From an uncultured bacterium (GTDB taxonomy: Bacteria > Verrucomicrobiota > Verrucomicrobiia > Verrucomicrobiales > DEV007), in NCBI GenBank assembly GCA_963977015.1, contig CAXBMO010000004.1, positions 32,001 through 96,000 on the forward strand: 64,000 bases of DNA. The letters run 5' to 3'. The notes beneath the pieces are model-generated. The model was given only the letters and a program-made list of their open reading frames with translations, ran no database searches and was not told where the DNA came from. The translations under genes were made by a program, and so were the position numbers. Below are positions 1-8,868 of this stretch, one piece after another. Numbering within the stretch: position 1 is the first letter of the stretch; every line of letters starts with the position of its first letter.

Positions 1-24
1 ATTGCTTCAGCTAGCATTATAAAT

Positions 25-1257
25 TCAGGGCAATATCATCTTAACTGTTGCAATCACCGTTCTGACGTCTCGGTCTGTCATAGCCGGGTAAAGCGGTAGA
101 CTCAGGCAGCGTTGGTAATAGCTCTCTACATTCGGACACTTCCCAAGACAGTAGCCAAAATTCTCTCGATACCAAGGCTGCAGATGAACCGGGATGTAGT
201 GAACTTGGGTTCCGACTCCCGCTTCTCGTAGTTTCTCCATGACTGCAGAGCGAGTCGATCCGATCGCGTTGAAGTTAATCTGAAGGACGTAGAGGTGCCA
301 AGCGATCCGGTTTGTTGTGCTTGGCGCTTGGTGCCTGGAGCCTTGTCCAAGCCAATCGCCGAGTTTCGGCGTGGTGACATAATCCAAGTCAGCGAATGCG
401 TCGTTGTAATGGGCAACGATTTCGGCGCGACGCTGAACGAATTGATCGAGTTTCCGAAGTTGATTGCGCCCCAAGGCGCACTGCAGGTCGGTGATGCGGT
501 AGTTAAATCCGAGGTGCTGCATCTCGTAGACCCATGGACCGGGTTCCAGAGTCTGAAATCTCTTCGAGTCGCGAACCATCCCGTGGGTGCGGAATTCCCG
601 GCAGAATTCCGCCAGATCGTCCCGATCCGTTGCCACCGCGCCGCCTTCAGCAGTCGTCATCGTCTTGACGGGGTGGAAACTGAATGTGGTCATGTCGACG
701 CCGGGAAGACATCCGATGGGATACTGGATCTCGGAAGTCGTAGATCGGAGACCGGAGATCGGTTCTTGAGAATAAGCAACGGAACCCCCTAGAGAATGAG
801 AGGCATCCTGGATGACAACGGCGCCGCGCTCCCTTGCCAACTGGGTAATCCTTGGGTAATCACAGGGTTGGCCGGCGAAATCGACGGCAACCACCGCTTT
901 AGTATTGCCCTGCCAAGTTTCCTCCAGCGACTCGACGCTCAGGTTGTAAGAAACCGGGTCGATGTCCGCAAAGTCCGGCGTCGCGCCCAGGTAAGCCGCA
1001 CAGTTTGCGGAAGCGAGGAAAGTGTTAGCGGAAGTGATGACATGGTCGCCGGGCCCGATCCTAACCGCCGCCATCGCCATGTGCAGGGCAGCCGTTCCGG
1101 AACTTACGGCAATGACGTGTTTGGCTCCCACACGTTCGGCAAGTTCCTTTTCAAAAGCGTCGACCTCCGGTCCGGTTGTCAGGTAATCGCTCTTCAGAGC
1201 GCGGACCACTGCGACGATATCCTCATCGTCGATGGATTGGCGACCGTAGGGGATCAT
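25..1257 (-). CDS. pseC: UDP-4-amino-4,6-dideoxy-N-acetyl-beta-L-altrosamine transaminase (DegT/DnrJ family, PseC-like)
   Basis: N-terminus MIPYGRQSI, SSGTAALH, PLP-lysine motif SFHPVK, GTQVHYIPVH, LSLPLYP; directly downstream of pseB. Confidence 0.88.
   Translation of the reverse strand: MIPYGRQSIDDEDIVAVVRALKSDYLTTGPEVDAFEKELAERVGAKHVIAVSSGTAALHMAMAAVRIGPGDHVITSANTFLASANCAAYLGATPDFADIDPVSYNLSVESLEETWQGNTKAVVAVDFAGQPCDYPRITQLARERGAVVIQDASHSLGGSVAYSQEPISGLRSTTSEIQYPIGCLPGVDMTTFSFHPVKTMTTAEGGAVATDRDDLAEFCREFRTHGMVRDSKRFQTLEPGPWVYEMQHLGFNYRITDLQCALGRNQLRKLDQFVQRRAEIVAHYNDAFADLDYVTTPKLGDWLGQGSRHQAPSTTNRIAWHLYVLQINFNAIGSTRSAVMEKLREAGVGTQVHYIPVHLQPWYRENFGYCLGKCPNVESYYQRCLSLPLYPAMTDRDVRTVIATVKMILP
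314..348. repeat. Degenerate 7-bp tandem repeat (YTGGTGC x5) inside pseC
   Basis: gttgtgc ttggcgc ttggtgc ctggagc cttgtcc; encodes most of the segment GQGSRHQAPSTTN. Confidence 0.65.
731..765. repeat. Degenerate 7-bp tandem repeat (YCGGAGA x5) inside pseC
   Basis: tcggaag tcgtaga tcggaga ccggaga tcggttc; encodes EPISGLRSTTSE. Confidence 0.7.
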
Positions 1258-1409
1258 GTTGTAAACTGCGAAACGACTTTCCGGGCCCGGTCGGCGGGAG
1301 TCTGCGCGGGAACGGGCCGGAAACCCGTTTTACCTCCCGGTCGGATGCCACTGGCTATTGCGCCGATCGGCAGTAGGCCGAAAATCAATTGCCTGCCGAG
1401 CGCTGGGAA

Positions 1410-2447
1410 TCAGGTGAGGGAAAATCCCGGGTCCACATGCTCCTTGATCAAATTCCGAATCTGCTCGACGGAAAGCCATTCCTCGTTGGTACCCGAATTG
1501 TAGGCCAGCCCAGCCGGAACCAGTTTTGCCCCAAGGTCATTGAGATACCGGCTCATAACCCGAGTATTGCCCTGCGGAAGGATGACATAGTGCCCGTTGT
1601 GATGCACCGTGGTGGGCGCGTCCGCGGAAGAAACCATTTCTTCGTGGAGTTTCTCGCCGGGGCGAATTCCGACAATTTCCAGCTCCGCTTTCGGCGCGAT
1701 CGCTTTCGCGACGTCGGTAATCCGATACGAAGGGATTCGCGGCACGAAAATTTCCCCCCCAATACTGTCCTTCAGCGCACAAAGCACCAAGTCAACGCCC
1801 TGCTTCAGCACAATATTGAAACGCGACATTTCGGGATCCGTGATCGGCAGTTTCCCGGAATCGCGTCGGTCGAGAAAGAAGGGAATCACCGACCCCCGCG
1901 ACCCCATCACGTTACCATAGCGCACCACCGAAAGCGCTTCCACATGGCCACCGGAAAAATTGTTAGCCGCAACAAAGAGTTTGTCCGAGCACAGCTTGGT
2001 GGCGCCGTAAAGATTGATCGGCGCGCAGGCCTTGTCCGTGCTGAGGGCCACCACTCGCTTCACCCCCGCATCGATCGAAGCCTCAATCACGTTTTCAGCT
2101 CCGAGAACATTCGTTTTCACGAATTCCATCGGGTTGTATTCCGCTGCCGGAACCTGTTTCAGCGCGGCAGCATGGACCACATAGTCAATCTTCTCCATCG
2201 CCCGGCGAAGCCGATCCTTGTCTCGCACATCCCCGATAAAATAGCGCACCTGGGAGTATTCCTCGGAGCCAAAGCATTGCTGCATCTGGAATTGCTTCAG
2301 TTCGTCACGGCTGTAAATAACTAACCTACCGACCCCTGGGCAATTTGTCAGCAACGACTCAACAAAACTTTGCCCAAATGACCCCGTACCACCGGTCACC
2401 AGAACCCCCTTCCCTTCAAAAAAACTATAATCTACTTCCAAATTCAT
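1410..2447 (-). CDS. pseB: UDP-N-acetylglucosamine 4,6-dehydratase (inverting)
   Basis: TGGTGSFG, YSRDELKQ, HAAALKQVPAAEYNP, LSTDKA..PINLYGATK, RYGNVMGSRGSV, GIRPGEKLHE. Confidence 0.95.
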   Translation of the reverse strand: MNLEVDYSFFEGKGVLVTGGTGSFGQSFVESLLTNCPGVGRLVIYSRDELKQFQMQQCFGSEEYSQVRYFIGDVRDKDRLRRAMEKIDYVVHAAALKQVPAAEYNPMEFVKTNVLGAENVIEASIDAGVKRVVALSTDKACAPINLYGATKLCSDKLFVAANNFSGGHVEALSVVRYGNVMGSRGSVIPFFLDRRDSGKLPITDPEMSRFNIVLKQGVDLVLCALKDSIGGEIFVPRIPSYRITDVAKAIAPKAELEIVGIRPGEKLHEEMVSSADAPTTVHHNGHYVILPQGNTRVMSRYLNDLGAKLVPAGLAYNSGTNEEWLSVEQIRNLIKEHVDPGFSLT

Positions 2448-2463
2448 GACTGATTTTTCATCT

Positions 2464-2493
2464 CACGCTGCCGCCCTTGGTCGCATGCTGCTG
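2464..2493 (-). promoter_or_regulatory. ops/JUMPStart-like element in the pseB leader
   Basis: Minus strand CAGCAGCATGCGACCAAGGGCGGCAGCGTG vs enterobacterial JUMPStart 3' end CCAGGGGCGGTAGCGTG; ends 16 nt before the pseB ATG. Confidence 0.5.
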
Positions 2494-2574
2494 TCCTGCG
2501 GCAAAACCAATCGAACTACGATTCGGGGCTGTGGTTCAACCGGGCTCAATAACTCGGGGAACGATGTTCAAATT

Positions 2575-2590
2575 AGCCTGAAGTCAGGCT
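2575..2590. other. Small perfect hairpin at the end of the regulator gene (possible terminator or pause)
   Basis: AGCCTG-AAGT-CAGGCT immediately after the stop of 2590..3171; no clear U-tract. Confidence 0.3.
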
Positions 2591-3171
2591 CACCGGGTCA
2601 TTTTGAAGAAGTTGCGCACCAAAGGCAAGATGCCTCTTGCGTTGCGCTGCCACCCTGACAGCATTCGGATTCTTTCCTTCAAAAATCGCTTTTCCGATTT
2701 CTCGTCGGCTGACCCGTTAGGCAGCTTTTCGCTGAGGTCCACCAATTGTTTCAAATCTTCGTCGCGCTCCTGCACAAACGGTTCAACCCGCTCACTGAGA
2801 AAGCCAAACGTCAGCTTGCGCAGGGATGTCTCGGCAGTGTAGAGATCGTGCCGAATGCCAAATTCTTTTGAAACCTGAATGGCGTTGATATTGGCGAGAA
2901 ACTTGAGGGCGTAGCTGGCGGTGGCCTTGCTGATGCCCAGTTTGGCGGTGATGTCGGCCACGGTGATCGGTTCGGCGGAGCAGTACAGAAGTCCGTAAAT
3001 CTCTCCAACCGATTTGGGAATTGCCAGAAGCTTGGTGATATGAACGAACACTTCGATGATTTTCACCTCGATTTCGGTCAACGATTGACGACCTTGCACC
3101 GCTTCCTCTTCAGAAGGATTGCAAACTTGATCGTCTATGGTTTCCGGGCTGGACATCTGGTCCGTCTGCAT
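2590..3171 (-). CDS. GbsR/MarR-family winged-helix transcriptional regulator (true start may be 3156)
   Basis: PKSVGEIYGLLYCSAEPITVADITAKLGISKATASYALKFL HTH pattern typical of GbsR-type regulators. Confidence 0.8.
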   Translation of the reverse strand: MQTDQMSSPETIDDQVCNPSEEEAVQGRQSLTEIEVKIIEVFVHITKLLAIPKSVGEIYGLLYCSAEPITVADITAKLGISKATASYALKFLANINAIQVSKEFGIRHDLYTAETSLRKLTFGFLSERVEPFVQERDEDLKQLVDLSEKLPNGSADEKSEKRFLKERIRMLSGWQRNARGILPLVRNFFKMTR

Positions 3172-3197
3172 AAGCTAGAGCGCGGGTCGATGTCAAA

Positions 3198-5246
3198 ATG
3201 AAATTGATTTCAGTTCAAAAAAAATTTAACTGGGCGAGATCCGTGCTGAATCAGCAGGATCTCACCATAATCTCCATAGCGGCTGTGCTGAGTAGCTTCT
3301 GGATGGTTCACCTCGCGGAACGATGGGGCCCGGAGGCCTGGATGGATTGGGGTCTGCACACCCACGTCGTCGTGCCCGCAGATGGTTTTGCCCAGCTCTA
3401 TTACGACGATGGGTCGGGGGTGACAGAGGAGCGTTCTGTCATTCTCCCCGTCCAGAAAGGTGCCAATCGCCTCTTTTTTCCCCTACCAGAAACCGAAGCG
3501 ACGACCATCGCCGGGTTGCGCCTGGATCCACTGAACGGTGTCGGACAGATCCAGTTGGCCAAGGTTCGCCTGACGGGACCTTTCGGATGGGAACTGGATC
3601 GCGTTTCTGAATTGCGCTTGAAAGCGGGCAAGGGCGTGGACGCTCTGACCGAGAACAAATCCGGTGGATATCAATTTTTGGCAACAACCACCGACCCCTC
3701 GATCAAGCTATCCTGGAAATCGGATCCCGTGACCACGCCTTGGGGCCAACTCAAGCTGGCGGGCTGGCTGCTCTTTGCGTCCTGGCTGGTGCCGATGTTT
3801 GCGGCAATGGCAGCGCTGAAACTTTGGCCAAACGCCCTTCGACGAGTTTGGCAGTGCCTGGGAATCGCGTGGTTGATCTGGCTCTTGGCACACTACCTGG
3901 CACCGGTCAGACGAATCGAGGCTTGGGTGTTTTTCCAACTCCTTCTCGCGCCGGGGCTGATTTTGCTGGCGCTGAAACCGCAGGAAACCTGGCGTGAAGT
4001 CCGGGAAATCGCGCGAAATCCAGCGGCGTGGGCGTTTGCCGCGTTTCTCGGCTTTTTTGGGCTGTTGGCCTTGGGCATTCCGAACGGCGGGATGCCGCCG
4101 CGCCCGGAAGTGCTCTGCTCCATCGGAGCTTTGGCGATTTGGCCGCTTTTGTTCGGAGTGATGGGCAAACGGTTCGAGATTTCGGCGCGTTGGCTGCTTT
4201 GGGGCTGGATTGCGATTGTGGCGCTGGTTGCGACCTACTGCCTTTTCCGGGTGTATGGACAGGCTTCATCATTCGAAAGCCGCCTGTCGATCCGCAACTT
4301 CAGCATGATCCCCTTGTATCGCCCCATCAGTGGCACGGCCTGCTTCATGGTGGCGTTGATCTTGCTCGTCCAATCAACAACGTGGAAGCGCCCACTGACC
4401 CGCCATTGGTGGATCGTCCTGATCGTCGCGCTCCCTCTCGTCGCCTATCTGTTTCTTTCCCAGAGCCGTTCGATCATTCTGGGAATGCTGGGCGCCAGCG
4501 TGTTTCTTTCTCTGGCACGAAACGCCTGGATCCCACGGATCTTTGCCGGCAGCCTCCTGATTCTGTTCCTGTGGTTCACGATCGGGAACGCGACGGGATT
4601 TCTCGATCAGATTTCCGGCAAAGCGGCTGCGCAAGCTTCCCGTCAGGCAACCGCCGCCATCGAACAACCGACAATCGAGGCGATCGCTGCGGAACCTTCA
4701 ACGGACGGCACCAAACCGGAAACGACTTCGCCCGAAACCGAGGATGAAACCGGGATTGCAGAGCGATCCGGCGGAGGTCGACTCACCATCTGGCGCGCGT
4801 ATCTGTCCAAAATTCGCGAACGACCGATCCTGGGCCATGGCTTTGGCGGAGAGCAAAAGATTTACATCGAGCTGCGCGAATCGATGTATGATCCTCAAGA
4901 CAGGCACCTCGCCAAAGGCACCCGCAGTTGCCACAACATCTACGTCTCCAGTCTCTACTTCGGCGGAATCATCGGGCTCCTGCTCATGTTCGGGATGATC
5001 GGGACGGCTTGGGGATGGCCGCTCTGGTTGTGGTGGAAGACGAAGGACAACCGCCTCCTCCTCGCCACGTCCTGGGTGACGATGGCGGGAATCGCGCTGT
5101 TTTTTGAGTCGACCCTCCTGGCTCACGAAAAGGAGGCGGTGCTGCTTTGGCGACCAAACGATTATTGGATCTTCTTTTGGGGAGCGATTGTCTTCTCGAT
5201 CGTTCAAACCACCTATTTGCGGCCTGAAAAGACCTCCAACATCTAA
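3198..5246 (+). CDS. O-antigen ligase/Wzy_C-family polytopic membrane protein with an N-terminal extracytoplasmic beta domain (start uncertain)
   Basis: Many TM helices, SQSRS motif, large loop then RLTIW...RPILGHGFG...HNIY; N-terminal LYYDDGSG...LRLDP domain. Confidence 0.75.
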   Translation: MKLISVQKKFNWARSVLNQQDLTIISIAAVLSSFWMVHLAERWGPEAWMDWGLHTHVVVPADGFAQLYYDDGSGVTEERSVILPVQKGANRLFFPLPETEATTIAGLRLDPLNGVGQIQLAKVRLTGPFGWELDRVSELRLKAGKGVDALTENKSGGYQFLATTTDPSIKLSWKSDPVTTPWGQLKLAGWLLFASWLVPMFAAMAALKLWPNALRRVWQCLGIAWLIWLLAHYLAPVRRIEAWVFFQLLLAPGLILLALKPQETWREVREIARNPAAWAFAAFLGFFGLLALGIPNGGMPPRPEVLCSIGALAIWPLLFGVMGKRFEISARWLLWGWIAIVALVATYCLFRVYGQASSFESRLSIRNFSMIPLYRPISGTACFMVALILLVQSTTWKRPLTRHWWIVLIVALPLVAYLFLSQSRSIILGMLGASVFLSLARNAWIPRIFAGSLLILFLWFTIGNATGFLDQISGKAAAQASRQATAAIEQPTIEAIAAEPSTDGTKPETTSPETEDETGIAERSGGGRLTIWRAYLSKIRERPILGHGFGGEQKIYIELRESMYDPQDRHLAKGTRSCHNIYVSSLYFGGIIGLLLMFGMIGTAWGWPLWLWWKTKDNRLLLATSWVTMAGIALFFESTLLAHEKEAVLLWRPNDYWIFFWGAIVFSIVQTTYLRPEKTSNI

Positions 5247-5249
5247 CAA

Positions 5250-6779
5250 TCAGTTCGCTTTCTTCTTCGCGGGAGACTTCGGACTCGGAATCTCGGGCAA
5301 TTCGTCATCCGGCTGATCCCAAAGGCGAAAGGGATCGTCGAGCCGACGCATTTCGGACAACAGAAGGAGTTCCATCTCGGCGCGTTGATCGGCGTATTCC
5401 GGATCGTAGGCGAGGTTGGTGAGTTCAGGATCGTTCTTTCCGTGCTCCGCGATGAATTCGTGGGGGTTCTTCGCGAGATTGAAGAGCTGGGTCTCCCGAA
5501 CCGCGCCGTTCATCACATCATACTTGATCAGCTTCCAGTCGCCTTTCTTGACGCATCGCATCCCGGGCCTGGTCCCGCCGCAGTAAACTCCGTAGAGTTC
5601 CTCCCTCTCCGTTTGCTGGCGTCCTTCCAGCACCGACCGAAAGCTGGTTCCCTCCACGGTCTCGGGTTTCGCGATTCCGGCCACATCACAAAGCGTCGGA
5701 AGAACGTCGAGCAGGTAAATATTGCCGGGAGCACGACTGCCCGCCTCAATCCCCGGTCCTTTTGCGATGAACGGGACGCGCCAGGTGTGCTCGTAGAGGT
5801 TTTGCTTGCCCTGAAGCCCGTGGCGACCAATCGCCATTCCGTGATCGGAGGTGTAGAAAATGTAGGTGTTGTCGAGCTCACCCATCTTTTCGAGCTGCTG
5901 CAAAACTCGAGCGATCTGCTGATCGATGTACTCGCTGCAGGCAAATTCACGCCCCAGCTCATTGCGAATCGTGTTCTCGTCGCGACGTTCCCAGACTCCG
6001 CTCACAGCGACTTCATCACGCAAGCCGGGATGACCGTGGTGAAACGGATGCCCGGGCAAATAGTTGACCGGCAGGGGCGGTTGATTGAGATTCAGGGCCG
6101 GAACCGAGCTTTTGTCCTTGTGATTTACCGCGCCGTATTTGGCCAGCAGCGCCGGAGTGCCGTCGCGAACATCGTGAGGATGGGAAAAGCCGAAGTAAAT
6201 GAGAAACGGATCCTCGTCCCCGGTCTCCTCGCGCCCTTCCAGATACTCCATCACCCGGTCACCGTGCCACGCGCTTCCCGTCTCCGGGGTCCCTCCCCTC
6301 TTCGTCGCGTCGTGCCGAACCGTGAACTGCTTGTTGGCGCCTTCGTAGCTGTTCCCCTTTTTACAGGTCCGCATCGTGTCGTATCCGGCCCGGTTGAAAA
6401 CCGCCGCCATGGTCTGCTCCTCCAACTTGGGCGGAACGAGATCGGCCTTTCCTCCATTCGGATTGAACGCCTGCCCTCTGCGATCCGGCACGTGCCAAAC
6501 GGTCCTCCCGCTCATCACCATGTGGCGGGACGGCGTGCAGACGGCTCCGACCCAAGCGCCCATGTGATGCGCCGCATCCAGCGTGATCCCCTCCTTCGCG
6601 AGTCGATCGATGGTTGGTGTATGGAGCGTTGACTTTGGGTCGTAGACCTTCAGGTCAAACGGCGATTGATCATCGACGATGATGAACAGGATATTTGGGC
6701 GATCGCCTTTGGCTGCGATCGAAAGACCAGGGATCGCAAGGGCCAAGAACAGGACCACGGAAATCGAAAGGGTTTTCAC
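5250..6779 (-). CDS. Formylglycine-dependent (S1) sulfatase, secreted; GTG start chosen
   Basis: RPNILFIIVDDQ, CTPSR motif, SHPHD, YTSDHG, GKQNLYE; signal peptide after GTG at 6779. Confidence 0.9.
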   Translation of the reverse strand: MKTLSISVVLFLALAIPGLSIAAKGDRPNILFIIVDDQSPFDLKVYDPKSTLHTPTIDRLAKEGITLDAAHHMGAWVGAVCTPSRHMVMSGRTVWHVPDRRGQAFNPNGGKADLVPPKLEEQTMAAVFNRAGYDTMRTCKKGNSYEGANKQFTVRHDATKRGGTPETGSAWHGDRVMEYLEGREETGDEDPFLIYFGFSHPHDVRDGTPALLAKYGAVNHKDKSSVPALNLNQPPLPVNYLPGHPFHHGHPGLRDEVAVSGVWERRDENTIRNELGREFACSEYIDQQIARVLQQLEKMGELDNTYIFYTSDHGMAIGRHGLQGKQNLYEHTWRVPFIAKGPGIEAGSRAPGNIYLLDVLPTLCDVAGIAKPETVEGTSFRSVLEGRQQTEREELYGVYCGGTRPGMRCVKKGDWKLIKYDVMNGAVRETQLFNLAKNPHEFIAEHGKNDPELTNLAYDPEYADQRAEMELLLLSEMRRLDDPFRLWDQPDDELPEIPSPKSPAKKKAN

Positions 6780-6871
6780 AGATGAGCGGGGATTAAGGGA
6801 ACGAAACGGGGTTTCTCGAAACCATCGCAAGAAGAAGCACACGATCAAGCCTTTGCTGAATCGAAGCAACT

Positions 6872-8281
6872 TCACGCCAGAATATCCCTGACAACGTGGC
6901 CATGGACATCCGTCAGCCGGTAGTGACGCCCTTGAAAACGGAACGTCAGCTTCTCGTGATCGATTCCTAACAAATGGAGAATCGTGGCGTGAAGATCGTG
7001 AACCGAAACGGGGTTCTCGACGATATTGTAGCCGTAGTCATCGGTCTTCCCGTAGCTCATACCGCCTTTCACCCCACCACCAGCCATCCACATCGTGAAA
7101 CAGCGCGGATGATGATCGCGACCATAACTCGCGGGGCTCAACCCGCCCTGACAATAAACCGTGCGGCCAAATTCGCCGCCCCAAACGACGAGTGTATCGT
7201 CGAGCAGACCTCGCTCTTTCAAGTCAACCACCAAAGCCGCATTCGCCTGATCCGTCTCTTTACAGCGCTGTCGCACCTGTTTGGGTAGACCACCGTGGGT
7301 ATCCCAGCCGCGATGAAAGAGTTGCACGAAGCGAACCCCACGCTCGGAGAGCCGACGCGCCAACAAGGCATTGTAGGCATAGGTTCCCGGCTTTCGCGCA
7401 TCCTCTCCATAGAGCTTGAAGGTGCTCTCGGGTTCATTCGAAACATCGGCCAACTCGGGGACCGACGTCTGCATCCGGAACGCCATCTCATACTGGGCGA
7501 TGCGCGTTTGGATTTCCGGATCCCCCATCACTTCGTGGCGTAACCGATTCATCTCACCCAAATGATCGAGCGTCTTGCGACGCAGCTGAGTCGACATTCC
7601 CTCGGGATTGTTCAAATAGAGAACCGGATCGCGCCCGGAACGAAAGCGAACGCCCTGATGATGAGAAGGCAAAAATCCAGCACCCCAAAGTCGATCATAG
7701 AGTGCCTGCCCTCCACGGTTCGAGGTCATGGCGACAAAGCTCGGGAGATTCTCGTTCTCGCTTCCCAACCCATAGCTCAACCACGCTCCAATGCTGGGAC
7801 GGCCCGCAATCTGAAAGCCGGTCTGCAAAAACGTGATCGCAGGATCATGGTTAATCGCATCGGTATGCATCGACTTCACGAAGCAGAGTTCATCCGCCAC
7901 TTTCTGCAGATGGGGAAACACCTCCGCATTCATCCATTGCCCACTCTCGCCGTATTGCTTGAAGGGAAAGATGGAACGCGCGACAGGAAACTCGGTCTGT
8001 CCCGCCGTCATGCCGGTGAGGCGTTGCCCACCAAAGACCGAGTCCGGCACTTCCTGACCGTGAACCTTGTCGAGATGCGGCTTGTAGTCGAACATGTCCA
8101 TGTGCGGCGGTCCGCCGGACTGGAAAAGATAAATCGCGCGCTTCGCTTTGGGTTGGTGATTCGGCGAGGACGAACCATCCGCACCATGCAACATCGAAGC
8201 AGCAGCAAGGGAACCGAAGGCCCCACTGCTGGTTCGCAGAAAGTGGCGGCGATTTAAGACGTTGGGTAGGGTTGAGTTCAT
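6872..8281 (-). CDS. DUF1501 family protein, Tat-type signal
   Basis: NRRHFL, KAKRAIYLFQSGGP, RGVRFVQL..GWDTH, WGGEFGRT, GRDHHP, DLHATILHLLG..RLTDVHG. Confidence 0.93.
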   Translation of the reverse strand: MNSTLPNVLNRRHFLRTSSGAFGSLAAASMLHGADGSSSPNHQPKAKRAIYLFQSGGPPHMDMFDYKPHLDKVHGQEVPDSVFGGQRLTGMTAGQTEFPVARSIFPFKQYGESGQWMNAEVFPHLQKVADELCFVKSMHTDAINHDPAITFLQTGFQIAGRPSIGAWLSYGLGSENENLPSFVAMTSNRGGQALYDRLWGAGFLPSHHQGVRFRSGRDPVLYLNNPEGMSTQLRRKTLDHLGEMNRLRHEVMGDPEIQTRIAQYEMAFRMQTSVPELADVSNEPESTFKLYGEDARKPGTYAYNALLARRLSERGVRFVQLFHRGWDTHGGLPKQVRQRCKETDQANAALVVDLKERGLLDDTLVVWGGEFGRTVYCQGGLSPASYGRDHHPRCFTMWMAGGGVKGGMSYGKTDDYGYNIVENPVSVHDLHATILHLLGIDHEKLTFRFQGRHYRLTDVHGHVVRDILA

Positions 8282-8286
8282 TTCGT

Positions 8287-8868
8287 CTAGTAAGCAAAGA
8301 TATCATCATTCCTCCGGCCGTTACCGGCGCCGAGGACACCATTTGGTCCAAAACTCCAAACACCAACGGAGCCAAACAATTCTTCGAATTCATCTGTTTG
8401 AGCTCTATCCGGAACCTTGATGACATTGTCGTAATTGCCATCAAGCATCACATAATATGGACGCCCCCATGGATCATTGAGTCTCAGGCTTCCATCGTCC
8501 TTTCGCCAGATCCCAGCCGAATGAGCGCCTCGTGCCTTTCTGTCAGAAAAAAATAGAATGCTTCTTCGGCTATGGTTGGGGGTAAGTATCTGAGACTCTG
8601 TTGGAATAAGCTCCCTCATTAGCCTGCTCGAATGAGTGTCTACTACCAGATCCTTGCCCTCAACCAATGGTAGTCGCTTGTATTCAGCGTAATAGTTCTC
8701 GATCGCGCTCCGAAGCTCCGCCCCAGTTTCCCGTGCTTGAGCTTCACGAATATGACTCCGGGGCGTTGTACTCGACGGAAACACAATTGAGCCAAGGAAA
8801 AAAACAAGTAGGGCAATTCCGATCATGCCAAACATCAACTTGATCCTTTTCTCGCTGCTCGCACTCAT
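8287..8868 (-). CDS. GspG/pseudopilin-like protein without a prepilin cleavage motif
   Basis: One N-terminal TM helix, then ELRSAIENYYAEYKRLP, DPWGRPY, VWSFGPNG; ATGA overlap with the upstream gene. Confidence 0.6.
   Translation of the reverse strand: MSASSEKRIKLMFGMIGIALLVFFLGSIVFPSSTTPRSHIREAQARETGAELRSAIENYYAEYKRLPLVEGKDLVVDTHSSRLMRELIPTESQILTPNHSRRSILFFSDRKARGAHSAGIWRKDDGSLRLNDPWGRPYYVMLDGNYDNVIKVPDRAQTDEFEELFGSVGVWSFGPNGVLGAGNGRRNDDIFAY

Noticed and set aside
1-17. Start of the next gene of the pse operon (ATG at 17, minus strand)
   Set aside because: Only five codons are visible, so it cannot be supported.
1258-1409. Structured RNA between pseB and pseC
   Set aside because: Only short GC hairpins (e.g. 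AACGGG..CCCGTT); no recognisable family and no second copy.
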